Shown: piece after piece, positions 1 through 13,524 of the stretch
Layout of the letters: each line of letters starts with the position of its first letter
How positions within the stretch are numbered: the stretch's first letter is position 1
NCBI RefSeq assembly: GCF_000150275.1
Contig: NW_002060977.1
Location: 348,288 to 412,287 of the forward strand
Origin: Trichoplax adhaerens
Lineage: Eukaryota > Animalia > Placozoa
Direction: 5' to 3'
DNA: 64,000 bases
The notes under the pieces: model-generated
The model's input: only the letters and a program-made list of their open reading frames with translations
Databases searched by the model: none
What the model was told of the DNA's origin: nothing
Program-made: the position numbers and the translations under genes

Positions 1-1616
1 TAGGTAAATACATTATGATATATTAAAATAATGTATAAAATCATGATATTACGCTCAGCTAGCTAAGAGTATTTCTATTTCTTTCCTAAATTTAATCAAA
101 TAGGAAATAATGGACAATTACTTTTCATGAACCATATTTACTTATCCTTGACTTTAATCACTAAATGATAAATAACTAAATAGATTTCATTGAAAATATT
201 TAAAGTTTACGACTAGAGTTTAAAATAAATAAAGAAAGCATGCAATTGATGCAACCTCCACGATAATCATTAGTCCAGATTTTATTTGCGATACCAAATA
301 GAAATAAAATTACGTGCCAGGCTTCAGTTAGTATCACCTACAATTAAATTCAATCTAGTTTATTACAAAGACAAGAAAGAAGGTATAATTGATGCCTATT
401 CATTAAGAAATACAAATCGTTCAGTGAACAATAAATAGCTCCATAACGTCTTATTTTTTTTTAGAAAAAGCACCGGTAATGAAATATATATATATCGTTT
501 TAGAAATATTTAACCTTTATTCTTTTTATGACCAATATATTACTATTCACAAAGCTAAAAGATGATCTCTCAACTCTAAACCATAGAAAATTTCAAACAA
601 TATCTTATACAAGCTTATTTCTTAATTAATAACATCCCAAAAAAAGAAAACTATAAAAATATGGATTTCAATTCTATTCCCTCAAACATGATTTCTTTAG
701 CTGGACTCAGAGTATTATAACATCAATTAACTGCATTAATTTTATCATTACTCCTACTTTGTCGCATTAATCCAAACATAACTAGTATTACTTAAAAGAT
801 GATGAATTGAGATGATAATAACAGGTAAAATTTAAAACTTCAATAACATGTATAAAATTAATATATTTTCAAGGTAGTACAATACCGTAAATGCTAATCA
901 AGGTTTAATTTTTAGAACATTAATTCATATTCGATTTCATAGGAAATTTTTAATAGAGACTATAGTCAATTGAGCGTTGATTATGTTTGAACTTGTTAAG
1001 AATTAAAATAGTCTGTCGACAGTATTTGAATTGTTCGCAGGCGATGGCATAATTTATTTCGCAATATTGCTAATTATAAGTTAAATATCAAATATGGATA
1101 TTTAATACAAAATTAATTTAAATTGCAATAGTAATTCATGTGATATAAGTGTTCTAATCAACAGGACTAGCCCAGATTTTTAACAGATCCTGAATGATAC
1201 ATTTTGGATGCGTTGGCATCCATTATTAGAAAAGTTACTAAAATGATAACTCTGCATGTGGTCGCAGTTCTCATAATATTTAAAATCTATTTAAGATCGC
1301 ACACTGATGAGTAAAGCATTTTTAGTGATTCCTCCGAGTTTTTTGTTTGTTACACTAACTACTGCAGTTGGCTAGGGATCGCCAAAAGAAGCGTAGTTCC
1401 TTTACAGTAGATTGCCTAGGTGACTTATCCTAGACTGGTTCTAGTCTTTATTGTCGGCGTAGCGGTGTAGCAGTAGCAGTGATAGAAGAGAAAGTATTTT
1501 TTCTCATTGTGCCACTGTACTTACAGAAATTTTAGTCCGTAACATATATAAAAGTAATAATATAGCAATTAAAATAGTCTCGTTATATTGCAATGTCTGT
1601 TTTGTATATTTATTGC

Positions 1617-2732
1617 TGTAACAGTGTTACACGCTATAATATCTAAATCTTTTCTCAATTCAAATCACTGTGATTGTAACTTACTTATGGTAAATTGTAG
1701 ATTATCGTAAAAATGTTTCGTGATAGGACTGTTGCAAAACAGCTTTGCAACATGATAACATGATGTACGATCAATAAATCAATTCCTTGAACCGTGTATC
1801 AAGGAGCGATATCTACTCTATCTGAATAACTTTTACTCTACTAACAGACTACACAAAGACTTAGACGCCTCGTATTTTACGTTAAACACTAATTTTAAGA
1901 ATTAACTTTATTAAAAGATATATTGCGTTTATACAGTATATTTTCCTCAATAGTTGATGAGTCATAGATAGTACGATTAACTTTGGAATCAATCACTGAA
2001 TTAGACATTAATTTTAGCTACTACTCCCTAATGTAGACAGCAGTATTTACGATCATAGACATCTGATAACTAATTGAGAATAGTCAGATTACGATATATC
2101 CTATCATAGTACATTTCCACGATAATTTACAATCTACTATAAGTAAGTTATAATCACAGTGATTCGAACTGGAAGTAGATAATTCACATTCCCTAATATA
2201 ACTATTAATTTCAGTATATGCATAAATGTCACTGTCATAGAAAGCTAGTGCTATATTAAAACACAGTATATCCAAAATAGAAGTTAACTAAATAAAGATA
2301 GTCTAACAAATTTATCCTAACATAGATATTTCTACTTTAATACAGTATATAACACTTTCACAAGGACATATTGTGGTCTAAAAAAATTTGTATTAGTCAT
2401 TCGATTTCTAAGTTCATAAATACTGATGTCTTCATTAGGTAGCTGAAGATAAAAGAAACTTTTGATTCATTAGCAGATTTCAACGATAATATTACTAACT
2501 AGGATGCCTTTGCTATTGTAAAAGAGTATAAAATGCGATACATCATATAAATAACGAGAGTTCTTAAGATTAGTGTTTAACGTAAGATACGAAGCGTCTA
2601 AATCCGCTTATAGTCTACTAGTATAGGAAAAGTATTCCTAAAAGAGTAAATATTGCTCCCTAATACGTGGTTCAGGGAATCGTCGTATTGATCGTATATT
2701 ACGTTATCTTGTTGCAAAGTTGTTTTGTAACA
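1617..2732 (+). mobile_element. Older, diverged and internally deleted family-A-like solo LTR interrupted by the 1730-2362 insertion
   Basis: Starts TGTAACAGTGTTA and ends GTTATCTTGTTGCAAAGTTGTTTTGTAACA. The sequence on either side of the insert is continuous with the family-A consensus (…gtgataggac|atattgtggtct…). Flanks ATTGC/ATTGA are a degenerate TSD. Confidence 0.7.
1730..2362 (-). mobile_element. Solo LTR family A (~633 bp), nested in an older related LTR
   Basis: TG...CA ends; perfect 5-bp TSD AGGAC (1725-1729 / 2363-2367); homologous along its length to the copies at 21641, 26248, 33126 and 49250. Strand assigned by analogy with the PBS-adjacent LTR end at 34677. Confidence 0.85.
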
Positions 2733-4317
2733 ATTGACCATTAATTTAACACATAATTGTATTTAACAATAATTTAATACTAACGATATTGGAGCTAAAA
2801 TCAAGAGCGATAGGATTTTAATTATAGTCACAGTTTTATGAAATATACCATAATCTGTATCCAACTGTGACATTACTTTTCATTTAATAATGCAGTAATA
2901 TTAAACTAAAAACATAGTAAGCAAAGTGATTAAAATACATTTATGTACTAATGTAAGAAAAATTGGTGATTATTTATAAGCAAATTCAAATTAATCATTA
3001 AGCTCGCTATATGTCGCTACCGTATTTTGATGATATTTTAATTGGAATAATATGCCTAAAGTCATTATCTAAAAATGCTACCTTTGAAAAGAGAGTCACC
3101 TAGCTAAATGAAATTCTATAAGTGTTGATGTCAACAAGTTTACTGGTTGTACCAAGTTTGCGTTAATAATTCGCAGCTGATAACATCTACGTAGTTATGT
3201 AAATTTTTAAGTATAGATTGACCCGACGATTTTTAATCTACTTATGTAATCTATAAATAATAATCTTGTTCCTACTTAAGCACTACTAAGTAGACAATTT
3301 TTAATTTAAATTGGATGATCGACTAACAGCATTTAATGTAGTGCAAACCTTTACCGGTAGGTACGATATTTTAGTAGACAAAAGATTACCCCTATTTGTG
3401 TAATCAATTTTTATTAGAAATCTAAAGCAAATGTTTCAAACTTGATGTAACTAAATATGATCACATTAGATTCATGGCAATGAAAACTTCGTTATAAGCT
3501 ATAGCATTGGTAATAAGTTAAAGTTAACCATATTCTACTATACTATAATTTGCCAGACTTGAAGATATTAGAAAACAATAAAAATTGATAAAATTAGGAT
3601 TGAACTTTTATTATTGTGACTTTACCGAAGCCGTAATTAACATTTACGGTCCAGTTATTCCATTATTAGTCTAGCTTAAGTAATTAAAGCTTTTATCTAC
3701 CATTCTACATAAAAGGCAAGTTTTTCTTCGAAAATGAACTTAATTAGCTTTATGATTATCAGTTCAAAGTCACCTAAAGCTTCAATAGCACATTTACATT
3801 TTATATATATATTATCTAGACTGGTTCTTTCAGCTCTAGTACCGGATATTGTGGCTATTTTAATATTAATAAATCTTTAACGAGTAATGGATTTTATAGA
3901 TAATACAATATTTATTATCGTAGTGTTCTTTTACGCGTATCTCTGAATTATAAATCGATATCAGGGAGCCAAATTAATCGCATGTGATAATACTCGGATA
4001 AAATTGCAATCAAAAATTACTCGTTAAGAAGAAAATCAATTTTATTACAAAAAACCAATCGACTCAGGACAAATATAGTTATACAAGTAAGAGCAATTTT
4101 GTTACTATTCCTTTTGTATTTTAGAAAGTGATTTGGATAGTTAATTTACCGCAATTCATAAATTTATATTCACTAAAACAATACGATCATTCTATTTAAG
4201 TTGCCTTAACTACTTATTATGATGTAATACTGGTCTAATATCCTATGTTGATTTTTGGACCTTATTGATGGCCTTTACTTAAGTACGAAGAATTGATTAC
4301 CAATAAAATTATGAATA

Positions 4318-4562
4318 TCTATGTAATGTAACTTAGTATTGTGATTGTAGAGTGTTCGCCATGTTCAGTATAATGTACGGTAGCGTAACTTCTATATTTA
4401 TCCTAAAAGATATTTGGTAGCTATAACTATAGACTGTAGTGATATAGACTCTATACTCGACTACAGATGACTATATACAGTAAGGTGTTGAGTTACTAAT
4501 AAGGTTATAGGTAAAAATAGAACCGTAAATCATATATTAGGATATTGTTAATTCATTGTACT
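4318..4562. repeat. Old dispersed repeat family D, copy 1
   Basis: Diverged reverse-complement match to ~22436-22680 (shared blocks tatagactgta, atagactctat, tactaataaggtta, taattcattgta). Confidence 0.6.
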
Positions 4563-6411
4563 TTGGCTGGTGTGAATAATGTCTACGTAAATGCTGTAGT
4601 CGTATTCATATCAGATTAATGATGGTCTGCAGTAGAATAGTGTTAGTAAGAATAATTTAACTATGTGTAAAATAAGGTAAAAGGTTGTCGTGCGGATTAT
4701 AGCTGCAAATGCTACGAAAAGTATGAAAGCATGCAACTTTAGATTATTCTGTTAGTTCGTTGTAGAAGTCTTTAGTGGTAGTATTCGGCTAGAGTAGAGC
4801 TGTGTGTAGTTAATCTTTGTTTAAGATTCAATAAAGCCCTTATTTTTCTAAAATTTGGAATTTCGTGATCGGTATATATCACAATCTAAAATTATTGAAT
4901 TGAATGAAATCAATAAAGTAAAAACAATAAACTGTTATTGATAGTGCTATTGTTCGAGCCGAATTTTCTTGTTTTTTACAGTCTAAGTTCTGAATAGAAT
5001 TAGATCTGAATGCAAAATTATTTATTCCTCGTCACAGGAAGCTAAAATTAAAAATACGAAGTAATTAGTTGATATTAAATTAAAACAGTCGCTTCATGGT
5101 TAAACTCTAGGAGAAGCAGAATGCTGTAATTATCAATAGTCTTCCAAAATTTTGAAAAGGTCTGAGATCTATTCATATTTTAATTTAGACTCTTTCTGTC
5201 AGCTTGTCATTGTATCTTGATATTTGAGCTATTTCTTTTCATTTAAATCCACAATACTGTTAAATTAACTCTTATCGTTAGAATCTTTACCAGCAACCGC
5301 ATGCAAAATCCTCGCAAGTGTGTTAAAGATGACTTCGCAACAAAATCCAGTCCAAACTTTCTTGCTGTGCTATCTTTTCTTTTACGGTTAGTTTGATGCA
5401 CTAAATTAATCTGTTGCTATTACTAGTAGCTCATTATAGAAGCAGCTGTTTTGGTCAGATTCGACTTTTGCAATTAATATCGACTTATTAAAAATTTATT
5501 TATTTTACAATAGACTTTATCAATTTCTAGTAATATTCGTAACAACATTTCTTGAAAACTGACACACTTTAGAAATTTTTCCCCGCTTTTACTATCTAAA
5601 GTTAATTTGAGAAGACCTGCCAGTGAATTTTGGTATATTGATAAATCATGGGCAGACTACATTATGTTTAATGAGCGTTAGCCTTAAGATCGACATTAGA
5701 CTATAAATTCCAACAATTTAGATACAATCAGGAATTTTGAAGATAATTCGAGCTGCTTTTTCTGCATTTAATTATTTTTCATTAACATCCTTAAATATTA
5801 GCTTTCAAAACTATTGATAATTAATCACTGTGCTCATTTATTACTCTTAATAACATCTGAAAGATATTTTTAATTCGAAGGTATCTTAACCAATCCTCAC
5901 TTTAATTCATGTACCCAGCAATTAATGAGCTTGTTAACATAGAATATTTTGCACCAGTAGTATTCGGCTTTATATTTATTAATAAATAAGAAAATTGAAT
6001 TAGCATCTGTTCTATTCCGTAAGATTCTGCAAGGAAAAAATATACTGAAAAATATTTAGGGCTTCAAAAATTTAAAAAATTTATTAATTCATTAAACCTG
6101 GGTATGAGCTCATTATTTCGATTACAGCTTAAGCGCCGATAGTAGAAGCTACGTAGGTAACGTGATCAAAATAATGTTTGCCTAAAAAAATTAAATTACC
6201 CAATTTACGTGCACTTGCGTTAAGCTCATAACATACCTTGAAGTAGTCAAAAAAGGAGAAAAAGTTACCTTAATCCATAGCTAAAATTATTCACTATAAT
6301 AAAGGGACTATCGGGCATGGACCTATAACTATCTAATTCGCTCGATTATACGCGATACATACCACTGGCTTTAAGTAACTAAAACAAATTTTTTTAACAA
6401 TCATTAATACC

Positions 6412-6978
6412 TGTCACAGTGCAAACTACCGTGAAGAGTAAATGACTAAATTTAGTGTTTAACATTTATATATGGAGATAACTAATAATGACTAACAGTA
6501 AGAAGTACGGTAGTTAGTATTTTATTACAGTAAATTATGCTACACTGTAGAAAGAGTTCTCATAAGGTAACTAATGTTAATTGATTATAGTGTTACGTCT
6601 TGTAACGCTTATGATAAATATCCTGAAGATATTCAATTACAGAAGATACTATATATAATTCTGTGTATGGACATACTGTAATCTAATTATCTAGAATCGT
6701 TCAGTACATATCTAAGATTATGAATAATTTCTGTATTAATTTAGCTATCCAATATGAACTAAATTTCATGAACTGTCATGACTCATGCATGATAGCAGCT
6801 GCCGAAGGGTATTTAAGCTCGGCAGATAGTTAAATAAAGCAGATTTCTATAGTTGCCTAACGTAGAAAGAAAGGCGCCTAAATTCTTGTGAGATAGTTAA
6901 GGGATACTGAATCCCGGAGACTACAGTAATTTAGAGATTTGTTTTACGTTATCTTTGTCTCGAAGCTAGTTTGTGACA
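6412..6978 (+). mobile_element. Solo LTR family B (~570 bp)
   Basis: TGTCACA...TTTGTGACA; flanks ATACC/ATACA; colinear with 37964-38540. Confidence 0.8.
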
Positions 6979-9900
6979 ATACATTAGTTAATTAATTTCC
7001 CAATCTATCTTATTTGAGATACTCCTATTCTAAATTAAATTCGATGGAGCTTGTTTACCTATAAAGTAATTGTATCTTGATTAAAAGTTACGTTTAGTAA
7101 TTATTGGAACATTTATCTATTTTCAATTATTTAGTTATAGTAAGAATTGCATACTGCCACTTAAAAAAATAATAATTACATCAATTAAGCTGTAGAGGTA
7201 CTACTAAGTAAAATAATCATATCGTATAATGCTGTTACGCATCTATGAATATTTACTATGAATTATTGATAACTTTAAACTCATTGGGATCATTTTAAAC
7301 ATTTAATTTTTCGTTAACCATTCATCCATTATGTATATATATGGGGTATTCTTTTTCTGTATAATAAATCAATTTGATAATAACAGTTGAGTTAGACAAA
7401 GTTAATACACTTTCACAACCTTACAAAAGTCTTAACAAAGCAAGAAATTAAATTATATCTTAAACTACATGTAGTTGATAGTACATTTAATAAGTAATTA
7501 CCAATATCACCAATAGCAGTCTATTAAGTTTGGCTTTACTTAAGTATATACTATATCTTACTATTCTACAACAAACGAATGATGAAAATTATCGATGAAT
7601 ACTAAGGTAAATAACCAGAACCAATAGCAACGTACAAATCGTATTGTCGTAAAATTCTGACGTTTCGGAAGATTAGGAGCCCGTTATAACGGCAAGAACA
7701 TACAAATGATTAATTATTAATAAGGAAATAGTAATATTTATTATAGTTAGCGTTAGAAAAACCATTTTAGGATACGGCTAAACAAACGATTTGTTCTAGT
7801 CAAATAACTATGTTAAAATAAAAGTAAAACGTGCGTGTAACCGTATCACGTAGGTATTAGAAGTATATGACAAGATAAATACTCTAGAATTGCTTTCATA
7901 GTGTGGAAAACACAATAGTTGTAAGCTGGATGTTCCGGTAATATACTTCAAAATATGGTGCTACAATTGAAGATTTACGATAGAATACCGAATATTTTAC
8001 TAAAGATTGAGTTAATTATTAAAGATACATAACATGCTTTTCAGTCTTCTTTATATTTCTAAAATATTGTAGATATCTTTACGATAAATGCTTTTGAGAC
8101 GCTAATAGAGAAACTATCTGACGCAAAATTCTGATATTAAGAATGGAAATAAAAAACTATTTCCGTTATGCAGATACCGTAATGAAGTTATTCCAGATCT
8201 ATTAGTTAAAGCTCTCGAAAGAATAATTTTAAATTTGTTTATGCTCCACAGCAGCTTACTTGTGCTTATTGTAAATGATCATATCTATTACATAACATTT
8301 AAAATCGCAACATAGATAAGTTTATTTCCAATAGGCAAGGTAGTTGTTATAAGTGCTCAAACTGAAATGTTCTGCCATATTTTGTGAGCATTATTAAGAC
8401 CCACTAAAACCTTAGGGGAATTCCAACGCTTACAGTTAAAGGTATAGGTAGCAATGGTTCCCGATAACACTTAATTATGATATAAGTATCAATCAAAATC
8501 AGCATATGTATTTCTACTAAAGATTCCCTGATTAATTTTCAAGTTAAGTAAAATTATATTTCTCGAATTTACAATACAGTCAACAAAATATAGGTCTAAC
8601 GTATAGCTTTTCCTTTCGAATGCAGAAAATATTCAATTCGAAGTTAATATTTACTGTGATAGGTTTCGAGTTATAATAAGATGAAATTAATACGAAGAAA
8701 AAAATAATTATGTTTTTATTTATTAAACTTTGCTCTATTGTAATATAATAAATTTAATTTTCAGTATTGTCTAAGCATTTGATATCTAGCTCTCTCTCTG
8801 ACTACTCTGAGAATCTATCACCAAAGTTTTTCTTAGGCTTGAGCCAATCGGCTGTAAATTGTAATTGATAAGCCAATATCGCTTACTAAATCATTAACTG
8901 AATAAGGTAATAACTCACAGGCAGGAGTATTCACATTAATTTTGAATTCCACTAGATAAATTACTAGTTTGTATATTTTATTAATGGCTTAAAATATCTA
9001 AATCAGTACTATTGTTAGTCTTGGTATACAGACAACATTTTAAATAATTTTTTCTTTCCTTCTCGAATTATAATATCCTCATTTAATTTAAAATTATTTT
9101 AAAAGTGTTTTCTTGCTAATAACATCGGAACAACTTAATGTTCTAATAGCTTTAACTACGTTTTGTGCACTTAACATACATTTCTATCAACCGTATGGTT
9201 CTTTCAAATCGCCGTTCAAATTAAAGTATAGGAAGAGCGACTAAATTAAGCTTTACAGTAGCTTGGTGAAAGACTACCATCAACCAGTAAATATTGAGAA
9301 AAAAAGATCCATATGCTTTATGTCTTCTTCTTAGACAAGTCTCTCATAATTCAATGACCTTTTAAAATTTAACATACTTCAAGGCTTTTAAAAATAACAA
9401 CTGAGAAAAATATGTCTAAAATGAAATTTATTTCCTGGTAAAATGTTTTGTAAGTCATTATCTTGTAAGGAAGCAATCGGGCCCCAGACTCGGACACCAA
9501 AACATAACAGGATCATTGTAGTGAATGTTATTAATAGGAGGAACATGAAATATTCATTTCACATAGGTAATAGCCTAGTCTTGCATAAAGAATACGGCAC
9601 GAAATGATTTTTGCCTATGAACAAAATTGCAGACAGCGAAATAATAGTATAAGTTTCAAATACTTTCCGTTTTAGACCTTGCGTGAACAAAAACTTTTAG
9701 TGCCTTTATCTTGAAGAAATTAATACACCATGCTTCAGGGACTCTAAACCTTACTGCCTCTCTAACAATTGTTCTATCATTCGAAATTGGTTATTTATTA
9801 ATGAATGGAGTATTATAATAATCATCTCGCAAAATAATAAAATGTTATGCTGATGTCAATGCCTTCGGCTTCAACTATTTAGGAGATTCGATCAGCCATG

Positions 9901-12214
9901 ATAATGATTACCTCTAATGCTGACTTTAATTGATTTAATTTTGTTACAATTTTATTATAATATCTTTAATACGTATAATTTAGAAAATTTATCCATTTTG
10001 ATTTTATGAAATAAATTCTGCGCCATTTTAAGTTTCGATTCTATTGTACTAACTACTTCCATTTTAATCTCGCTGATTTTTATTCGCATTTATGAAGCAT
10101 ACTCGAGCTTAAAGGCGTTTACCGTAAATCGCTGAATCAAATTATGTATTAACATCTATCATAAGATACATTTTCCAAGAAATAGAGTCATCATGAAGAA
10201 ATTTTCATTTTGCATCCTAAACTCTTAAAACTCTTATCGCCTAGTATAATTAGACACCATATATAGCATCATCATACTTAATGTTCTATCTATCTCGTTA
10301 TAAAATATCATATCGATATCACTGTCATAATTCAAGAAAAATTCGTCTAAGTTGATTCCACATGAATTTTTAATAATTTGTTCTACAAGTATAGTCTTTA
10401 AACGGTTCTCATTCATGGCGATAAAATATAGAGTGACAAAGACGTCCATACGGTAATGTTGTAAATTACTAAAGTTAGGAAGTGTAGCAGTTACTAGAAC
10501 GTCGATTCTAGACAAACACAATCGCTAATTCAGGTTATTTAAACTAAATCTATTTGGACCATTTAATCCGCAAACAAATTACTAGTTTTTATATTCAGGT
10601 CTTTAATTACCGTAAAACAAAAATTTTTTCCTCCATATTTAAATAGTAACTGATGAATAACATTTTTATCGATTCTACGGATTGTAAATTTTTAGAAATA
10701 CTGGTAGCTATCTCCGTCACCTTCACTGCGGGTTTATCTGCTATATCGTAGTCAATATCGCCAATAATGAATTCTTATATATTAATGATACTGCGCAGTG
10801 AATACCTGGAAATAACAAAGTCCTCCCGAACATATTGATACGTTAATAATACTTTTAATTTTAGAAACATTTTTGGTGAATAACCCCGGTCAATTGATTT
10901 TGTCTGTATTAAACTGCAATTATAAGAGGTACAATTACCAGAACTTCGGTTAAATTATCATCTTGAAGCATTATTCTCCGATGAAATGTCTCGTTTGTTT
11001 TATTTTTGACTATTTCAATTCTTTGCTGAAATTTCATTATCAACAGCCGAAAATAGAATCAGTCTAACATTAGAAGCTAAAGTGACAACTTTCAACATTC
11101 TCTCATCTGATATAAATAGGCATTAATGCCTTAGCGACAGTCCTTAATCTGATATTGATTCTTCACAATGATTTTCTGAACTTAAAAGAAAATTATTTTT
11201 AAGACGTGTTGAATAAAGTAAGATTAAAATACGCGTACAGTGACAAGTGAGTAATAAGACACTGTACCTGTAAATTCGCTCCTAAAGGTAATTATGGAAT
11301 AGGTAATAAGGTTATTTTGGTTAGCGAGCAAGCTGAAATAGTCTCAATTGTAGACTAAAACTCCATATTTACAGCTAAATTATTAAAATACCCTTCAAAA
11401 AACCAAACAATGGCGATACATTCGTAGTCACGTTCGTAAACCTAATCTAAGTATCTAGGGTAAAATTTTTCAATATCTTATAGCAAACAATGTCGAGATA
11501 GTCGCAATTATTTGACTTAACTTTGGCTTTCATGATGAAATCATGGAATACCTTGAAGCAAAACAATACCGACATAGTCACAATCTTAAAATTAATCTCA
11601 GGGTTTATAGTAAAATTAATTAATACCTTAGTGCATCAGATCTAAGAGTTGCTCAAGAAAGATATTTCATCCAGCTGTACGTTACCTAATCTGAGATACC
11701 TTCCCTAGATTTAATTTTAGCGTTAAAACTGTTAGGCAATCTCTGCAGAGAAATCAAACTTTTACCATTTAATTAACCAATTTCTTAATACTAGTAAAAT
11801 ATGTTGACTTATGCATACGGATACAGCGTTGAATCTCTCAAAAGGCTGTAAAATCAACTTACTAATTCTAGTGAAACTTATACAACGGATGCTTTCGCAT
11901 CTGTTGCTGCAAACTTTTTATTACTGTTGATCAATTCCCACTTTAACAAGTAGATTGTTACGCCGATACTATCTCACCGCAATGCGCGATGCTTAGCGAA
12001 ATAGTTTACTTATTACATTACAAAACATTTTATACTTTAAACGCCTTGTACTGTAATACGTAATCGTAACTAATTCCAACTAATTTGGAATTATAGTTAA
12101 TTATTAAAAGACACTTATTGTGCTAATTGTACTAATAAAAGTGCTTAATTATAATTTCTTAGCTAATACGTCTAGTGATGTAATATTGTACGTGACTAAT
12201 TCATATTCGATTAT

Positions 12215-12489
12215 TGTTAAAAATCTCCTTTGTAACAAGAAACCGGGTCTTAAAGACTGTCTTCACTAGTACTCGTGTTCCCAACTAACTTAGGGACCTA
12301 TCGTAGTTAAACTAACTCTCAGCTACACAAATAAGCTACTAATGAGTAATAGATTTAAATACTTCACTTTGTTTTCGTTAAACTTAGTCGTAAAATGTAC
12401 TAAAGAAAAACGTACGAATATTCTTAGCAATAATAGTCAAAAGATCCTGCAAGTGACCAACTGGAACTAAACAGCTAAGCTAGTGTTCG
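12215..12489. repeat. Dispersed repeat family C (probable LTR), copy 1; may extend further right
   Basis: Begins TGTTAAAAATCTCCTTTGTAAC and aligns closely by eye over ~275 bp with 40201-40475. Confidence 0.75.
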
Positions 12490-13524
12490 GCTTTTTATAG
12501 TCTCGTCCAACGCCGATGGTGCACTTGTGAATATTCTTGACATAGCGACTTACACTGTACAGTATACATATCCTAGCATAGCAACTAGAGCCTCAAGGCT
12601 CTACAAAGTAATTGACTTTACACTTAAGGTGTTATTAATTAACGTTTACTGACTAAGCGTGGTAGCTCCGACACGTCAACAATATTGAACTTTCTGATAT
12701 CTTGGCAATAAGAAGTACTTATTAATAAACATTAATATCTGACAAGCTACTGGAGCAAACAATAATTTAAATGAGATATTTTAATTAATATAACAATTAA
12801 TATTTCGGAGCATAGCTCTTTAACAATTGTATATTATGGCTTGGCGATCTTGAGAGTAAGCATATTGTAATCAAATTGCCTCGTATGATATTAATTAGGT
12901 CTTAGGGTATAAATTCACTTCCTAATTACATAAATGCTATCGATACTAATTGTAAGTTCTAACTACCGCAAAAATAAGGTACCATACATAAGCTCAACTG
13001 TTTTTACAATAAAGTTTACCTTCATTGTAGTATTTAATTAACGTAAAATTAAAGGCGTACCAATCACTGAGAATGTACTGAATTAGGGATAAGTGCTCCC
13101 AACTGACTTTTAGATATACTTTAATGCCCTGACAAGTACAATAATTTAAGGAGAAAATTTATTTATAGATTTCACTTTTTCGCTATGTAATCGTAGAGTT
13201 GGTTTGTGGTAATTATTCATTCGCAGATCTTTGTAGATTTGCTATGAGTCCACCGTACGAGTATACAAGTATATACCCTGGAAATTGTAACTAATTGGTA
13301 ACCTTATTACATGCTGAATATTTAAGTATTGCTGAATAAACAAAATTGATATTGCAAACTTTAAAAATTATGATACAAATTACAAACGGCAAGGCTATCC
13401 TCGTTATCTAGCATTAAAGTATTCGTGCCATGGCTACCGATTAAACTGGACCATAACTTCGAATTGCTTATTTCAGATTTCGAATTAAGTTGGGATCAAT
13501 CTATCTAATTCCTCTTTTTTATAG

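Noticed and set aside
1308-1376. Hydrophobic mini-ORF as the missing LGR signal-peptide exon
   Set aside because: Ends in a stop with no suitable phase-1 donor and lies 12 kb upstream.
2084-2275. 63-aa ORF (also 22208-22390)
   Set aside because: Lies in or overlaps solo LTRs and is not kept open in other copies.
5100-5420. Faint death-domain-like wording on the minus strand
   Set aside because: Too many stops and too little similarity to support by eye.
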